A stretch of 61,848 nt of DNA, counting the filler, from Limisphaerales bacterium (lineage in GTDB: Bacteria > Verrucomicrobiota > Verrucomicrobiia > Limisphaerales > SIBE01), in NCBI GenBank assembly GCA_044225505.1. It is 2 parts of 2 records of this genome, joined end to end, with 100 filler letters (N's around TTAATTAATTAA, not from the genome) between each part and the next. Parts side by side here need not be neighbours in the genome. Positions count along the whole stretch, not along the records: positions 1 to 30,941 come from JBGAIN010000095.1; positions 31,042 to 61,848 come from JBGAIN010000096.1. The stretch is one strand, 5' to 3'. Shown here piece after piece: positions 30,508 through 40,183 of the stretch. Position numbers and translations under genes: made by a program. Below the pieces are notes generated by a model. It was given only the letters and a program-made list of their open reading frames with translations. It was not told the DNA's origin and searched no databases. Numbering within the stretch: the stretch's first letter is position 1; each line of letters starts with the position of its first letter.

Positions 30508-30941
30508 TACACTTGTGACCGACTTCGAAGGGCCAAAGCTTAAGCAACGTGCCGAGCAAAACGACTTGAGCCAGTTGTGGAGTCGTTGGTCCGAAGCAAA
30601 TCCGACGTCTACAGGACGAGAACTTTCACTAGATGCGAAACGTGTAAGTTCTCTTCGCTGGCGAGAACGACCTTTTGCAGTGATGACGTGCAGGCTGAAA
30701 GGCAGTGAATCATTGCGCATGGTTGAGCTCATGCAGGCCATTGAAGCCTCACGATCCATCTTGGAACTCGAAGACGATTTTGATGGTGCGGGAAGCCCTC
30801 GATATTTGGCGATCACATGGCAGCGGGCTGTCGATTTAGTCATTGAATCGATGCGCGTAGCACGTCGCTGCCTGAAGGCGATCCCGGTCCCAGATATATT
30901 GCCCGGGCCGAAAGGAAGTATTGATATTCATTGGAAGCAAC
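30491..30941 (+). CDS. Hypothetical protein of the 'L..L.D.(W/F)DG.G...P.I.P...GSI...W' type, 3' end lost in the gap
   Basis: ILELEDDFDGAGSP...WQRAV...IPVPDILPGPKGSIDIHWK. Overlaps the upstream ORF by 17 bp. Confidence 0.65.
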
Positions 30942-31041
30942 NNNNNNNNNNNNNNNNNNNNNNNNNNNNNNNNNNNNNNNNNNNNTTAATTAATTAANNN
31001 NNNNNNNNNNNNNNNNNNNNNNNNNNNNNNNNNNNNNNNNN
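30942..31041. other. Artificial contig spacer (N44 + TTAATTAATTAA + N44)
   Basis: Exactly 100 bp, with a 12-mer giving stop codons in all six frames at 30986-30997. Confidence 0.97.
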
Positions 31042-31057
31042 CTCGCCGCACTCAGCC

Positions 31058-31144
31058 GCCCCTCCGGGGCTTGGGCCCTCTCACTTGAGCACCCGGCGCT
31101 AAAGCGACCGGGCTTCTCTCATTCTGTCCCTTCCGGGACTGAAT
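31058..31144. repeat. REP-like palindromic repeat at the contig start
   Basis: Hairpins GCCCC-TCC-GGGGC, CCCGGCGC-TAAA-GCGACCGGG and GTCCC-TTCC-GGGAC. Same order as at 52123-52205. Confidence 0.7.
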
Positions 31145-31350
31145 AGAATTACCGAATGGCATTAGGATAAATCCCGCGATCGTGGCGGGACTGTCAAGAA
31201 ACGCCCGCTCCCTTGCAAGGGCGCCTTTTCTAGTCGCCTTCCTCAAAACGTTCGGGCACGATGAAAAGGTTCGAGCGGCGGGGCCGCTTGAGCGACCACC
31301 CGGTTCCCATGGGGCATGACTTGTCAGAAAAGCAACGGCATTTATGGAAG

Positions 31351-33273
31351 GTGTCGTTGGTGCGACGTTTGTACGTTGCGATGCTGGTTAGCGCCGTGCT
31401 GCGTGGAGCAGCCGCGCAGGAACTGCGTTGGCAATGGCGCAGCCCCACGCCTGCTGGATATTCACTCCATGCTGTTTGCCATGGCGACCACACCTTTGTT
31501 GCCGTGGGAGATTCCACCCTCTTAACGTCGCCCGACGGAAGGGAATGGACTCGGCAAGCCGCGCAGCTCACCAACGAATTGCGCAGCGTGGCGTTTAATC
31601 ACGGATTGTTCGTCGCGGTGGGTACTTTCGGCGCCGTGGTCGCTTCCACGGATGGAATCCATTGGAGTCAAAGTTCCGTGGGCACCAACGTGGCTCTGCA
31701 ATCGGTCATTCGCTGGAACGATGGGTTCATCGCGGCTGGGGAACGAGGCTCGGTGTTTCATTCAACGGACGGAGTTCGATGGGAGACGAGCCGCGCGCGC
31801 ACCGACCGTTGGTTTCGTGCGGTGGCCGCCTCGGCGAACGGGCCGGTGGTGGCGGTGGGCGACAGCAACTCTCTCCTTCCTTCCGCGGACGGGAGGTCGT
31901 GGACCGAGCGCATCCCGTTCCCGGGGGACGGGGCGCTCAGGGCGGTGATCCGGACGGATAGCGCCTTTTGGGCGGTGGGTGACGCTGGGACCATTCTCCA
32001 AAGTGAGGACGGGCGCCGTTGGACTCGCCGGGAGTCGGGAACGCCGAGGTCGCTCAACGCGATCGTGTCTGCGACCGACCAGCTGGTTGTCGCTGGCGAG
32101 GGCGGCCTCATCCTCACCTCAACCGATGGTCGCAGCTGGAAGACGGCAACGACTCCGACGCAGGATGCGTTAAACGCCATCGCCTTCGGCGACGGCACGC
32201 TGGTTGCAGTGGGCCAATCGGTCCAGATCCTGACATCCGCGGAGGGTCAGACCTGGACGCTCCAATCGCGCGGATTGACGGCCGACTGGGCAGACATTTC
32301 CAGTGATGATCAACAACTCGTCGCGGTTGGCGCGCAAGGAGCGGTGGCGCGTTCGGTCAATGGCCTGGAGTGGACGTTTGCTGGAAGCGGCGTCACCAAT
32401 GATCTCACGCGTGTCGTCCACCAGGACGATCTTTGGTTGGCTACCGGCCGCGAGGGAACGATTCTCACGTCGAAGGATGCCACGCAGTGGACGCGCGCGG
32501 TCGCTAATTCCAAAGAGTGGATTAAAGGCCTTTGTTTCGGTAACGAGAAGTTTGTCGCCATGGAAGCCTCCGGCCGCTTCCTGACCTCGTCGAACGGAAC
32601 CGCCTGGGTGCGGAGTCCCGATCGGGCCAAGACCAAGCTTGACCAACTCGTTTTCGGCAACGGGGTGTTTGTCGCTGCGGGAACGATCAGCGTGCTTCGC
32701 TCCGTTGATGCCAGGGTGTGGGAGGACACGGATCCCGGGAGCGCGGAGTGGATTGTTGGTTTGGCGTTTGGCAATGGCGAATTCATGCTGCTCGGAGAAG
32801 AAGGCGGCGTCTTCAAATCCAGCGACGGGCAGACCTGGCGGCCAGGGATCGGACTGCCCTTCAAACCAACCGGGCTCGATTTTGGCCATGGCCGATTCAT
32901 CGCCTTCGCCGGAGAAACCGTTTGGACGTCGGAAGACGGGGTGACGTGGATTTCCAGCCCGTCGGGCACGACCCGCCTTCTCCGGGCGGCTGCCTATCAC
33001 GAGGACCAATATGTGGCGGTCGGGGATGCTGGAATCATCCTGCAAAGCGCCGCGTCGACCGGTCCGAGGCTGGCTGCACTGGGCAGAAACGGACCGGCCT
33101 TCTGGCTTCAACTTTTGGGGATTCCAGGTCGTCACTATGCCCTGCAATCCACCAGCGACTTCTTAGCGTGGCGGACCTTGTCCGAATTCCAGGCGACCAA
33201 CGAGGTCACGTGGCTGCCGGATAGTTTTCTAGACCATAGTACGGGCCGTTTTTATCGGGTTCATGCGCGCTAA
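31351..33273 (+). CDS. Secreted BNR/Ycf48-like beta-propeller repeat protein with C-terminal 'FYR' domain
   Basis: ~38-aa repeats L..VA.G.G.FVAVG..G.IL.S.DG..W, C-terminus ...GRHYALQSTSDF..W...GRFYRV. GTG at 31351 gives a signal peptide (ORF track start 31261). Confidence 0.85.
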   Translation: MSLVRRLYVAMLVSAVLRGAAAQELRWQWRSPTPAGYSLHAVCHGDHTFVAVGDSTLLTSPDGREWTRQAAQLTNELRSVAFNHGLFVAVGTFGAVVASTDGIHWSQSSVGTNVALQSVIRWNDGFIAAGERGSVFHSTDGVRWETSRARTDRWFRAVAASANGPVVAVGDSNSLLPSADGRSWTERIPFPGDGALRAVIRTDSAFWAVGDAGTILQSEDGRRWTRRESGTPRSLNAIVSATDQLVVAGEGGLILTSTDGRSWKTATTPTQDALNAIAFGDGTLVAVGQSVQILTSAEGQTWTLQSRGLTADWADISSDDQQLVAVGAQGAVARSVNGLEWTFAGSGVTNDLTRVVHQDDLWLATGREGTILTSKDATQWTRAVANSKEWIKGLCFGNEKFVAMEASGRFLTSSNGTAWVRSPDRAKTKLDQLVFGNGVFVAAGTISVLRSVDARVWEDTDPGSAEWIVGLAFGNGEFMLLGEEGGVFKSSDGQTWRPGIGLPFKPTGLDFGHGRFIAFAGETVWTSEDGVTWISSPSGTTRLLRAAAYHEDQYVAVGDAGIILQSAASTGPRLAALGRNGPAFWLQLLGIPGRHYALQSTSDFLAWRTLSEFQATNEVTWLPDSFLDHSTGRFYRVHAR

Positions 33274-35080
33274 GGTCCTCATTCGATTGCTGGCGACGAG
33301 TGCCTGCCTTGCGGGCTACCCAAGTGCCCGGACGGACGCCCTGGAACCGTGGGCACTGCGCAACCCGCTGCCGCAAAGCCGCCAAATTCAGGCGCTGGCT
33401 TACGGCCATGAGACCTACGTGGCCGTCGGTTCCGCCGGGACCATCCTCACCTCAATCGACGGTCTGCAATGGGGGAGTGCCAACTCTGGCATTGCGGACG
33501 GCCTCAGAGGGGTGGCTTGGGGGACGAATCGTTTCGTCGCAGTCGGCGAGCAAGGCCGTGTTTTAAACTCCGCCGACGGACGGCATTGGAGCGCCGTCAC
33601 AAACGCTACGACGCTGGACCTGCACGCGGTGGCTTACAACGGGCGTACGTTCCTGGCCGCTGGCGCGGATGGCATCGTCCTTATCTCAAACGACGGAGTG
33701 CAATGGACCGAGGCGAGGCTGCCCTCACCGGTCCGGACGCTTGCTCTGACGAGTGGTGACGGGATTTGGATTGCGGCCACCGCCAGTGGGCAAATTTTTG
33801 CCAGCCCGGACGGAATGGCCTGGGAGAATCGTCTGACCGCAACCGGAACGCGATGGGCATCGGTGACTTACGCCCATGGACGATTCGTGGCTGTCGGAAG
33901 TGCCGGCGCGACCGCCACCTCCTCCGACGGAAAGGACTGGCAAGCGATCGCTACCGGTTACGCAGTCGATCTCACACGCGTGGCCTTTGCGGAGGGGCTA
34001 TTTGTTGCCGTCGGAGACGATGGGGCTGTCTTGAGCTCCAAGACGGGATTGGAATGGTCGAATCGCACGCCGGTGGACATCGATGCGCCATTAACGGCGG
34101 TGCAGTTCGGAGCTCAACGGTTCACGGCGTTTGGCGAGTTTGAAGGCGTATTGAGTTCCACGAATGGCGAGTTTTGGACAAGCAGCGGGCCCTTAGGCTT
34201 TACGGACGCGCTTTCCAGTGTGGCTTACGGGAACGGAGCGTTTGTTGCTGTCGGCAACTCTGGCATCGTCGCCCAGTCGACCGACGGCTTGGTTTGGCAT
34301 CGTCGCTCCACGGGCATTCCCGAACCGTTGCACGGCATTGCTTGGGGGACAAATCGATTCGTCGCTGTGGGCAACAACGGAAGCATCCTCGTCTCGGTGG
34401 ATGGGGCGCGTTGGGATTCGGTGGACGTTGGACTCAAAGCATCGCTGTTCCACGTGATCTTCGACGGCGAACAATTCGTGGCGGTTGGCGGCGAATTTGT
34501 CCAGGGCCAGGACCGGTCCTTGATTATCACTTCCCTGGACGGCGTCCATTGGACGACGAAAGACAATCGGCAGGGGCCCTGGCTCAATTCCGTCGTCCAC
34601 AGTGCGGCCGGGTTCGTCGCCGTGGGTAACGAAGGGAGAATCCTGGGCTCTACCGACGGAACAATCTGGGAGAGTCGGACGTCACCGGCCATTTTTGACT
34701 TGCTGGGGGTTGCTTACGGGCGAGGAACGTATGCCGCGGTTGGCGGTAAATATTTCGATACCAGCAGCCCGATCCTAACATCGACCAATGGGGTAGATTG
34801 GGTTGCCCTGCGCCCTTTCAGTGACAATGGCGCCCTCGCTGACATCACATTTGCGGACGGGCAGTTTATCGCCGTCGGGGGAGGCACGATTGGTCGTGGA
34901 CATTTCAACCGGAGCTTTTCTGCCGTCGTCACGTCGTCGGATGGAATAGCCTGGGCCAATCAAAGCCTTAGCCTCGCGACCGATTGGCTGACGGCGGTGG
35001 TCTTCGCGCGACAGACCACGGTCGCTGTTGGCTTTAATGGCTTAATCCTGCAATCCGGATCGCCGGACAACTCCGAATGA
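33263..35080 (+). CDS. Secreted BNR/Ycf48-like beta-propeller repeat protein (paralog of the upstream gene)
   Basis: Same repeat (L.GVAWGTNRFVAVG..G.IL.S.DG..W) and an N-terminal leader. Overlaps the previous gene by 11 bp. Confidence 0.85.
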   Translation: MRAKVLIRLLATSACLAGYPSARTDALEPWALRNPLPQSRQIQALAYGHETYVAVGSAGTILTSIDGLQWGSANSGIADGLRGVAWGTNRFVAVGEQGRVLNSADGRHWSAVTNATTLDLHAVAYNGRTFLAAGADGIVLISNDGVQWTEARLPSPVRTLALTSGDGIWIAATASGQIFASPDGMAWENRLTATGTRWASVTYAHGRFVAVGSAGATATSSDGKDWQAIATGYAVDLTRVAFAEGLFVAVGDDGAVLSSKTGLEWSNRTPVDIDAPLTAVQFGAQRFTAFGEFEGVLSSTNGEFWTSSGPLGFTDALSSVAYGNGAFVAVGNSGIVAQSTDGLVWHRRSTGIPEPLHGIAWGTNRFVAVGNNGSILVSVDGARWDSVDVGLKASLFHVIFDGEQFVAVGGEFVQGQDRSLIITSLDGVHWTTKDNRQGPWLNSVVHSAAGFVAVGNEGRILGSTDGTIWESRTSPAIFDLLGVAYGRGTYAAVGGKYFDTSSPILTSTNGVDWVALRPFSDNGALADITFADGQFIAVGGGTIGRGHFNRSFSAVVTSSDGIAWANQSLSLATDWLTAVVFARQTTVAVGFNGLILQSGSPDNSE

Positions 35081-37383
35081 ACCCAAGGAGCTCAGGCAAG
35101 TCGATAACCTCAAGGCTGAATCGCTTGAGGTCGGCAAAGCGACTGCTTCAAGCGGCGAGCCTGTGGAGCGCGCTCGAAGTCGCGGCCGTGCTGGCTGCGC
35201 CGGGTTCCTCGGACCTCTTCACGGCCTCAATTCAATTCGAAAAACAGGCGCCGATTCGGGTTCGTGTCTCTGAGTCGAGTAACGCGTATCATATTCTCTA
35301 TCGCGGAGTTTCCTCCATTCAAGTGACCCGTCCCACAGCGGTTAGCCTGGTCTCCGGCGAATTAGCGGATCTGGCACCACCAGTTTCCGCTGCTTTCTAC
35401 CGAGTAAAGCGCGTTCCCATAGCGTTGCCTGACGATTCCGACAGCGACGGGCTTGATGACGTGTTCGAAGCACGAAGACCGCGGTACTTGAACCCGTTGG
35501 ATGCGTCCGACCGGCTTCGTCCGCAGGATGGGACGTTTTCGATTCGTGACCGTGACGAGTTCAACGCATTCTCGGCTCGAGGAGACACGCCTGGAGCACT
35601 GGCGGCTCCGCAGCTTAAATTCATCGTGGCCGGCGTCGATACGGAATTCCCACTCGTTTACTTCATGCAGAGCGGCAATCATCCGTTACACGCGCCGTTC
35701 GCGTTTGACGTGCTGCACTGGCGGCAGACCCTCGCCGAGTTCAACGAAGAGACTTATTTCACGGACACCCGGCGAAAGAACCTGGCCGGGAGCCTGGTTG
35801 CTTATGGAACGCGGCAGCCAGGTTCCAGCACCAATCAACTCCTGGCTATGGAATTCTGGCCCGCTGACCCTGTCCGGTTCGATTTCGTCAAGAAGGCAGT
35901 CAGCGCGATAAGTAACCAGATGCCCTGGGCCACGGGTCAGCTTTTCTATCATCCAACCGGAGTGACGCAGGAAGAGTTGGCCAAACGGGAGTCCGCCAAG
36001 TACGCCGCCGCGCGGATCCCTTTGATCTTTTCTGATGAGCTGTTCGCCAGTCTTGAGTATTCGCCGATCTACGCTGGAACGAGCTTTGGCTTGCTGCGGC
36101 AGGTTTCCGCCGGTGTTGCTCCCACGGTTCGCGACATTGTTATCGTGCCAGAACCGCCGGTGGCGTTGGGGCATGTTGCCGGGATCGTCACCGCCACGGC
36201 CCCGTCGCCGCTCTCGCACTTTAGCCTGCTGACCCGACAAAACCGGACGCCCAGCGCGTATTTGAAAGGGGCGCTGGACGACCCACGGCTCAAGGCGCTG
36301 CTCGGAAAGCTCGTCCGATTCGAGGTCACTGGGGATGGTCTGAGTGTCCGCGAAGCGACCTCCGCAGAGCTTCAGCAGTGGGAGGATTCAGTCCGGCCAC
36401 AGGAACCACGTTTTCCACCGAGAGACTTGACCGAACGAAGGATTCGAAAGCTTGCCGATTTGGGAAGCGCGGATTCGGGAACGGTAGGGAGCAAAGCCGC
36501 CAATGTGGCGGAGTTGCAGAAGTTCCTGCCGCTGGGCATGGTCCCGGACGGCTTCGCCATTCCCTACGCGTTGTACGATGAGTTCATGACTTTTAACGGA
36601 TTCTATGACGTGGTGCGGGAACTTATCGCAAAGCCCGGCTTTGCATCGGACCTGGCTTACCGCGCTCAGGCGCTTTCGGCCTTTCAGGATAGGATGATCC
36701 ATCGGAGCACGCTGCCTGCGGCCTTGGCTGCGAGCTTGGACGAGGTGCAAAAGGCCTTTCCCGCTGGCACTCGGATTCGCTGCCGTTCAAGCAGCAATAA
36801 TGAGGACCTGCCTGGCTTTAATGGCGCGGGCCTTTATGACTCGTTCACGCATCGCCCCAACGAAGGGGCATTGGCCAATACCGTGAAGCAAGTCTGGGCG
36901 AGTCTCTGGAATCTGAGGGCGTTTGATGAACGCGAGTTTCAGCGCATCGATCATTTCCAATCGGCCATGGGTGTTTTGTTGCATCCCAGTTTCCCGGACG
37001 AGTCGGCCAATGGAGTTGCTGTAACCCGTAATGTCTTTGATCCCGCCTGGCCGGGCTTTTATATCAATGCCCAGGTCGGCGAAGATCTCGTGACCAGTCC
37101 AGAGCCGGGGTCTATTCCCGACCAGTTACTGGTTTCCGCGATTGGGCCGGAAGGTGAAAACGAAGTGCAGTACATTCGCACTTCCAACCGCACGCCGCCC
37201 GGCGAGCACGTCCTGAACGACGAGCAAGTCCAGGAGTTGATCAATGCTTTGGCCGCAATCGGGGTGCACTTTCGACCTATCTACCAGCAAGAAGGTAATC
37301 CAGCCTTCGCCATGGAGATCGAATTCAAGATCACCAGCAGTGGCCGACTCAGCATCAAACAAGCCCGCCCGTGGGTGGAATGA
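35077..37383 (+). CDS. Secreted PEP-synthase/PPDK-related protein: His-swivel-like domain followed by ATP-grasp domain, no PEP/pyruvate barrel
   Basis: DSDSDGLDD Ca-binding-type motif, GIVTATAPSPLSHFSLLTR.NRTP (swivel-like, His at 36217), VGSKAAN, VPDGFAIP, RSSSNNED..F.GAGLYDS, KQVWASLW, EIEFK...IKQARP. Confidence 0.8.
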   Translation: MNPRSSGKSITSRLNRLRSAKRLLQAASLWSALEVAAVLAAPGSSDLFTASIQFEKQAPIRVRVSESSNAYHILYRGVSSIQVTRPTAVSLVSGELADLAPPVSAAFYRVKRVPIALPDDSDSDGLDDVFEARRPRYLNPLDASDRLRPQDGTFSIRDRDEFNAFSARGDTPGALAAPQLKFIVAGVDTEFPLVYFMQSGNHPLHAPFAFDVLHWRQTLAEFNEETYFTDTRRKNLAGSLVAYGTRQPGSSTNQLLAMEFWPADPVRFDFVKKAVSAISNQMPWATGQLFYHPTGVTQEELAKRESAKYAAARIPLIFSDELFASLEYSPIYAGTSFGLLRQVSAGVAPTVRDIVIVPEPPVALGHVAGIVTATAPSPLSHFSLLTRQNRTPSAYLKGALDDPRLKALLGKLVRFEVTGDGLSVREATSAELQQWEDSVRPQEPRFPPRDLTERRIRKLADLGSADSGTVGSKAANVAELQKFLPLGMVPDGFAIPYALYDEFMTFNGFYDVVRELIAKPGFASDLAYRAQALSAFQDRMIHRSTLPAALAASLDEVQKAFPAGTRIRCRSSSNNEDLPGFNGAGLYDSFTHRPNEGALANTVKQVWASLWNLRAFDEREFQRIDHFQSAMGVLLHPSFPDESANGVAVTRNVFDPAWPGFYINAQVGEDLVTSPEPGSIPDQLLVSAIGPEGENEVQYIRTSNRTPPGEHVLNDEQVQELINALAAIGVHFRPIYQQEGNPAFAMEIEFKITSSGRLSIKQARPWVE

Positions 37384-37384
37384 T

Positions 37385-40183
37385 ATGACAACCGAACAAT
37401 TAGTTTCACGCCTGCTTTCTGCCGTGGAAGGGGGATTCCCATTCGAATTGGCGAGCCGCTGGAGGGGGAAGGCATGGTGGTTCCTGCTGGCCTATCTCAC
37501 GGCCAAGGTGGCGGGAGCCGACGGCGGATTCGTCAACTTCGAGAGCCCTCAAGTCCATCCGGTGGACCTCAATCCTGGCGGCGATGTCTTGGCCATCTGC
37601 AATACCCCAGCCGCTGCCATTCAACTGTTCGACTTGCGCGGCTCTTTGCCCACGATGACGCGATCGATTCCCGTGGGGCTCGATCCCACCTCCGTTCGCT
37701 TCCGGACAGATTCAGAACTTTGGGTTGCCAACTACATCTCGGACACCATTTGCGTTGTGGACCTGGAGCGTGGGTGTGTGGTGCGGACATTGCCGACATT
37801 CGACGAGCCGGCCGATATTGTGTTTGCGGGAAATCCCGTTCGCGCCTTTGTCAGCTGTTCTCAGGCGAATAGCGTCCTGGTCTTTGATCCTGAACAGTTG
37901 AGCCGCGCACCGACTGTCGTTCCGATCAAAGGCCAGCGTCCGCGCAGCCTTGCGGTCAGTCCGGACGGACGAACGGCCTATGTGGCCCTCTTTGAGTCCG
38001 GCAATGGGACAACCCTTCTGGGAGGCGGCAGCGAAGAGGCCTTCGGCAAGCCGTTTCCGCCTAACGTGGTCAGTGATCGTCGAGGCCCGTACGGCGACCA
38101 GGCTCGCGTCAATCCGCCACCCAATGCCGGGATGGGGTTCGACCCGCCGCTCAATCCTACCAACCGTCCGCCGCCCAAATCCGGGCTCATCGTTCGCCAG
38201 GATTCGGCGGGTGTTTGGCGCGATGAGAACGGCAAGGACTGGTCTCGTTTCGTAACGGGCGAATGGGCTCCGTTGTCGGGGCGCGTTCCAGGATGGCGCT
38301 TGATCGACCACGATTTGGCGCGAATCGACACCACATCGCTCGAGGTGTCCTACGTCGGTGGGCTCATGAACCTTTGCATGGCTTTAGCCGTCAACCCGGT
38401 GACGGGCTCGGTCAGCGTCGTCGGCACGGACGCAAAAAACGAAGTGCGTTTTGAACCGGTCTTGAATGGGACTTTCCTGCGGGTGCTTCTGGCGACGGTC
38501 GCTCCCGGCACCTGGGCAACTCCGCAAGTCGCGGATCTCAACCCGCACCTTACCTACAGGACGAACCGGATCGCACCAGCACTCCGTGCTCAATCTCTTG
38601 GGGACCCTCGAGGAATGGCTTGGTCGACGAACGGGGCCCGTGCGCTGGTGACCGGGATGGGATCCGACAATGTGGTGCTGCTCGACGCCACCGGGAGACG
38701 TCGCCCTGGCCAGAGTATTCCCGTGGGCGAGGGTCCGACTGGCGTTGCTATCGATGAAAAGCGCCAATGTGCTTACGTGCTCAATCGTTTTGGTTCCAGT
38801 CTATCGGTGGTTTCCTTGGTCTCGGAGAGTGAAGTCGGTCGAGTTGCGTTTTTCGACCCGACCCCGGCGGCGGTTCGGCGCGGTCGGAAACATCTCTATA
38901 GCACTCATCTCGGTTCGGGGCTGGGGCATGTCGCGTGTGCGTCGTGCCATGTGGACGCCAGGATGGATCGGTTGGCATGGGACCTGGGGAATCCGGCTGG
39001 CAAAATGAAGGCGGTGAAGGGAGGCAATCTCGGCGCTGGTGTTCATGGCTTGGACACCGGGTTTGAAGATTATCACCCGATGAAAGGACCGATGCTCACC
39101 CAAACGTTGCAGGATATCCTCGGGAAGGAACCGTTCCACTGGCGCGGAGATCGGCGGAGCCTGGAAGAATTCAACGACACGTTCCTTGAACTTCAGGCTG
39201 CGGACAGAGCTCTCACCACCGAAGAGATGGATGATTTCAAAGCCTTGCTCGCTTCCATTCATTTCCCCCCCAATCCCTATCGTAATCCAGACAACACCCT
39301 TCCCACTCGAGTGGAGCTGGCCGGCCACTACACGACCGGCCGCTTCGGGCCCGCTGGAAGATCGTTGCCGCCGGGAAACGCGCGCCTGGGACTCGCCATT
39401 TTTCAAGATGCGGAGCGCCGCATTGACCGGCAGGCTTTCGCCTGTGCGACCTGCCATACACTTCCGACCGGACTGGGAACGGACGCGGTATTGGTGAGCC
39501 GTTCTCGTGCGAAGGAATCCATGTTCGCGGCCTTGCCTCCGGGCCCGGCGGGAGAGCACCACCATGCGTTAGTCGGCATCAACTTCTCCGTGCAGCATAA
39601 TTTCAAGGTTCCTCACTTGCGCAACCTCTACCAAAGAACAGGTTTCGAAATGTCCCAGACCGAGAGTCTGGCTGGATTCGGTTTCGTCCATGACGGTGGG
39701 ATTGATTCTTTGGCCCGGTTAGTTAGCCACGACGTTTTCGATGTCCGAAGCGATTCGGAAGTCGCGCATCTCGTCGCGTTCATGCTGGCTTTTTCCGGGT
39801 CCGATCTGCCTCCGCCTGCCGTAGCTTCAAGGGACGGCAGCTTGCTTCCACCCGGGCCATCTAGCCAGGACGCACCTGCGGCTTTGGGACGCCAGTACAC
39901 CACTCACGGTGCGCTCGCAGATCGTGAGGCGGTCGAGGAGTTGATCGGTTTGGCTGAACGCGCCGGAGCTGAATTAATTGCGTTTTCCGCTGTAGACGGC
40001 TTGCCTTGCGGCTGGGAGTATCAAGCGCCGAGGTTCGTCTCTCAGAGGTCAGGGCGGAGCATGGCAGTCCAGGAACTTGTCGATACGGGGCAGGAACGCG
40101 CGCCGGTCACGTTCCTGATCGTGCCGCATGTGACAAAACCTGGGGACCTTTCCTCAGCTACTTCAGAAGGGGCGCTGCCATGA
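37385..40183 (+). CDS. Secreted YVTN/YncE beta-propeller fused to a di-heme cytochrome c peroxidase/MauG-like domain
   Basis: IPVGLDP and IPVGEGPTGVA repeats, CASCH (38936), CATCH (39443), PFHWRG, FKVPHLRNL, HDG. Confidence 0.82.
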   Translation: MTTEQLVSRLLSAVEGGFPFELASRWRGKAWWFLLAYLTAKVAGADGGFVNFESPQVHPVDLNPGGDVLAICNTPAAAIQLFDLRGSLPTMTRSIPVGLDPTSVRFRTDSELWVANYISDTICVVDLERGCVVRTLPTFDEPADIVFAGNPVRAFVSCSQANSVLVFDPEQLSRAPTVVPIKGQRPRSLAVSPDGRTAYVALFESGNGTTLLGGGSEEAFGKPFPPNVVSDRRGPYGDQARVNPPPNAGMGFDPPLNPTNRPPPKSGLIVRQDSAGVWRDENGKDWSRFVTGEWAPLSGRVPGWRLIDHDLARIDTTSLEVSYVGGLMNLCMALAVNPVTGSVSVVGTDAKNEVRFEPVLNGTFLRVLLATVAPGTWATPQVADLNPHLTYRTNRIAPALRAQSLGDPRGMAWSTNGARALVTGMGSDNVVLLDATGRRRPGQSIPVGEGPTGVAIDEKRQCAYVLNRFGSSLSVVSLVSESEVGRVAFFDPTPAAVRRGRKHLYSTHLGSGLGHVACASCHVDARMDRLAWDLGNPAGKMKAVKGGNLGAGVHGLDTGFEDYHPMKGPMLTQTLQDILGKEPFHWRGDRRSLEEFNDTFLELQAADRALTTEEMDDFKALLASIHFPPNPYRNPDNTLPTRVELAGHYTTGRFGPAGRSLPPGNARLGLAIFQDAERRIDRQAFACATCHTLPTGLGTDAVLVSRSRAKESMFAALPPGPAGEHHHALVGINFSVQHNFKVPHLRNLYQRTGFEMSQTESLAGFGFVHDGGIDSLARLVSHDVFDVRSDSEVAHLVAFMLAFSGSDLPPPAVASRDGSLLPPGPSSQDAPAALGRQYTTHGALADREAVEELIGLAERAGAELIAFSAVDGLPCGWEYQAPRFVSQRSGRSMAVQELVDTGQERAPVTFLIVPHVTKPGDLSSATSEGALP

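Larger units (their letters stand above)
28984..30941. mobile_element. Putative tRNA-associated genomic island (truncated by the assembly gap)
   Basis: Visible drop in GC and a switch to hypothetical ORFs directly after the tRNA CCA end. No integrase is seen within the contig. Confidence 0.5.

Noticed and set aside
30986..30997. TTAATTAATTAA palindrome as a biological site, and the 'LIN' C-terminus of ORF 30491..30997
   Set aside because: It is centred in a symmetric 100-bp N run and gives stops in all six frames, so it is an artificial linker.
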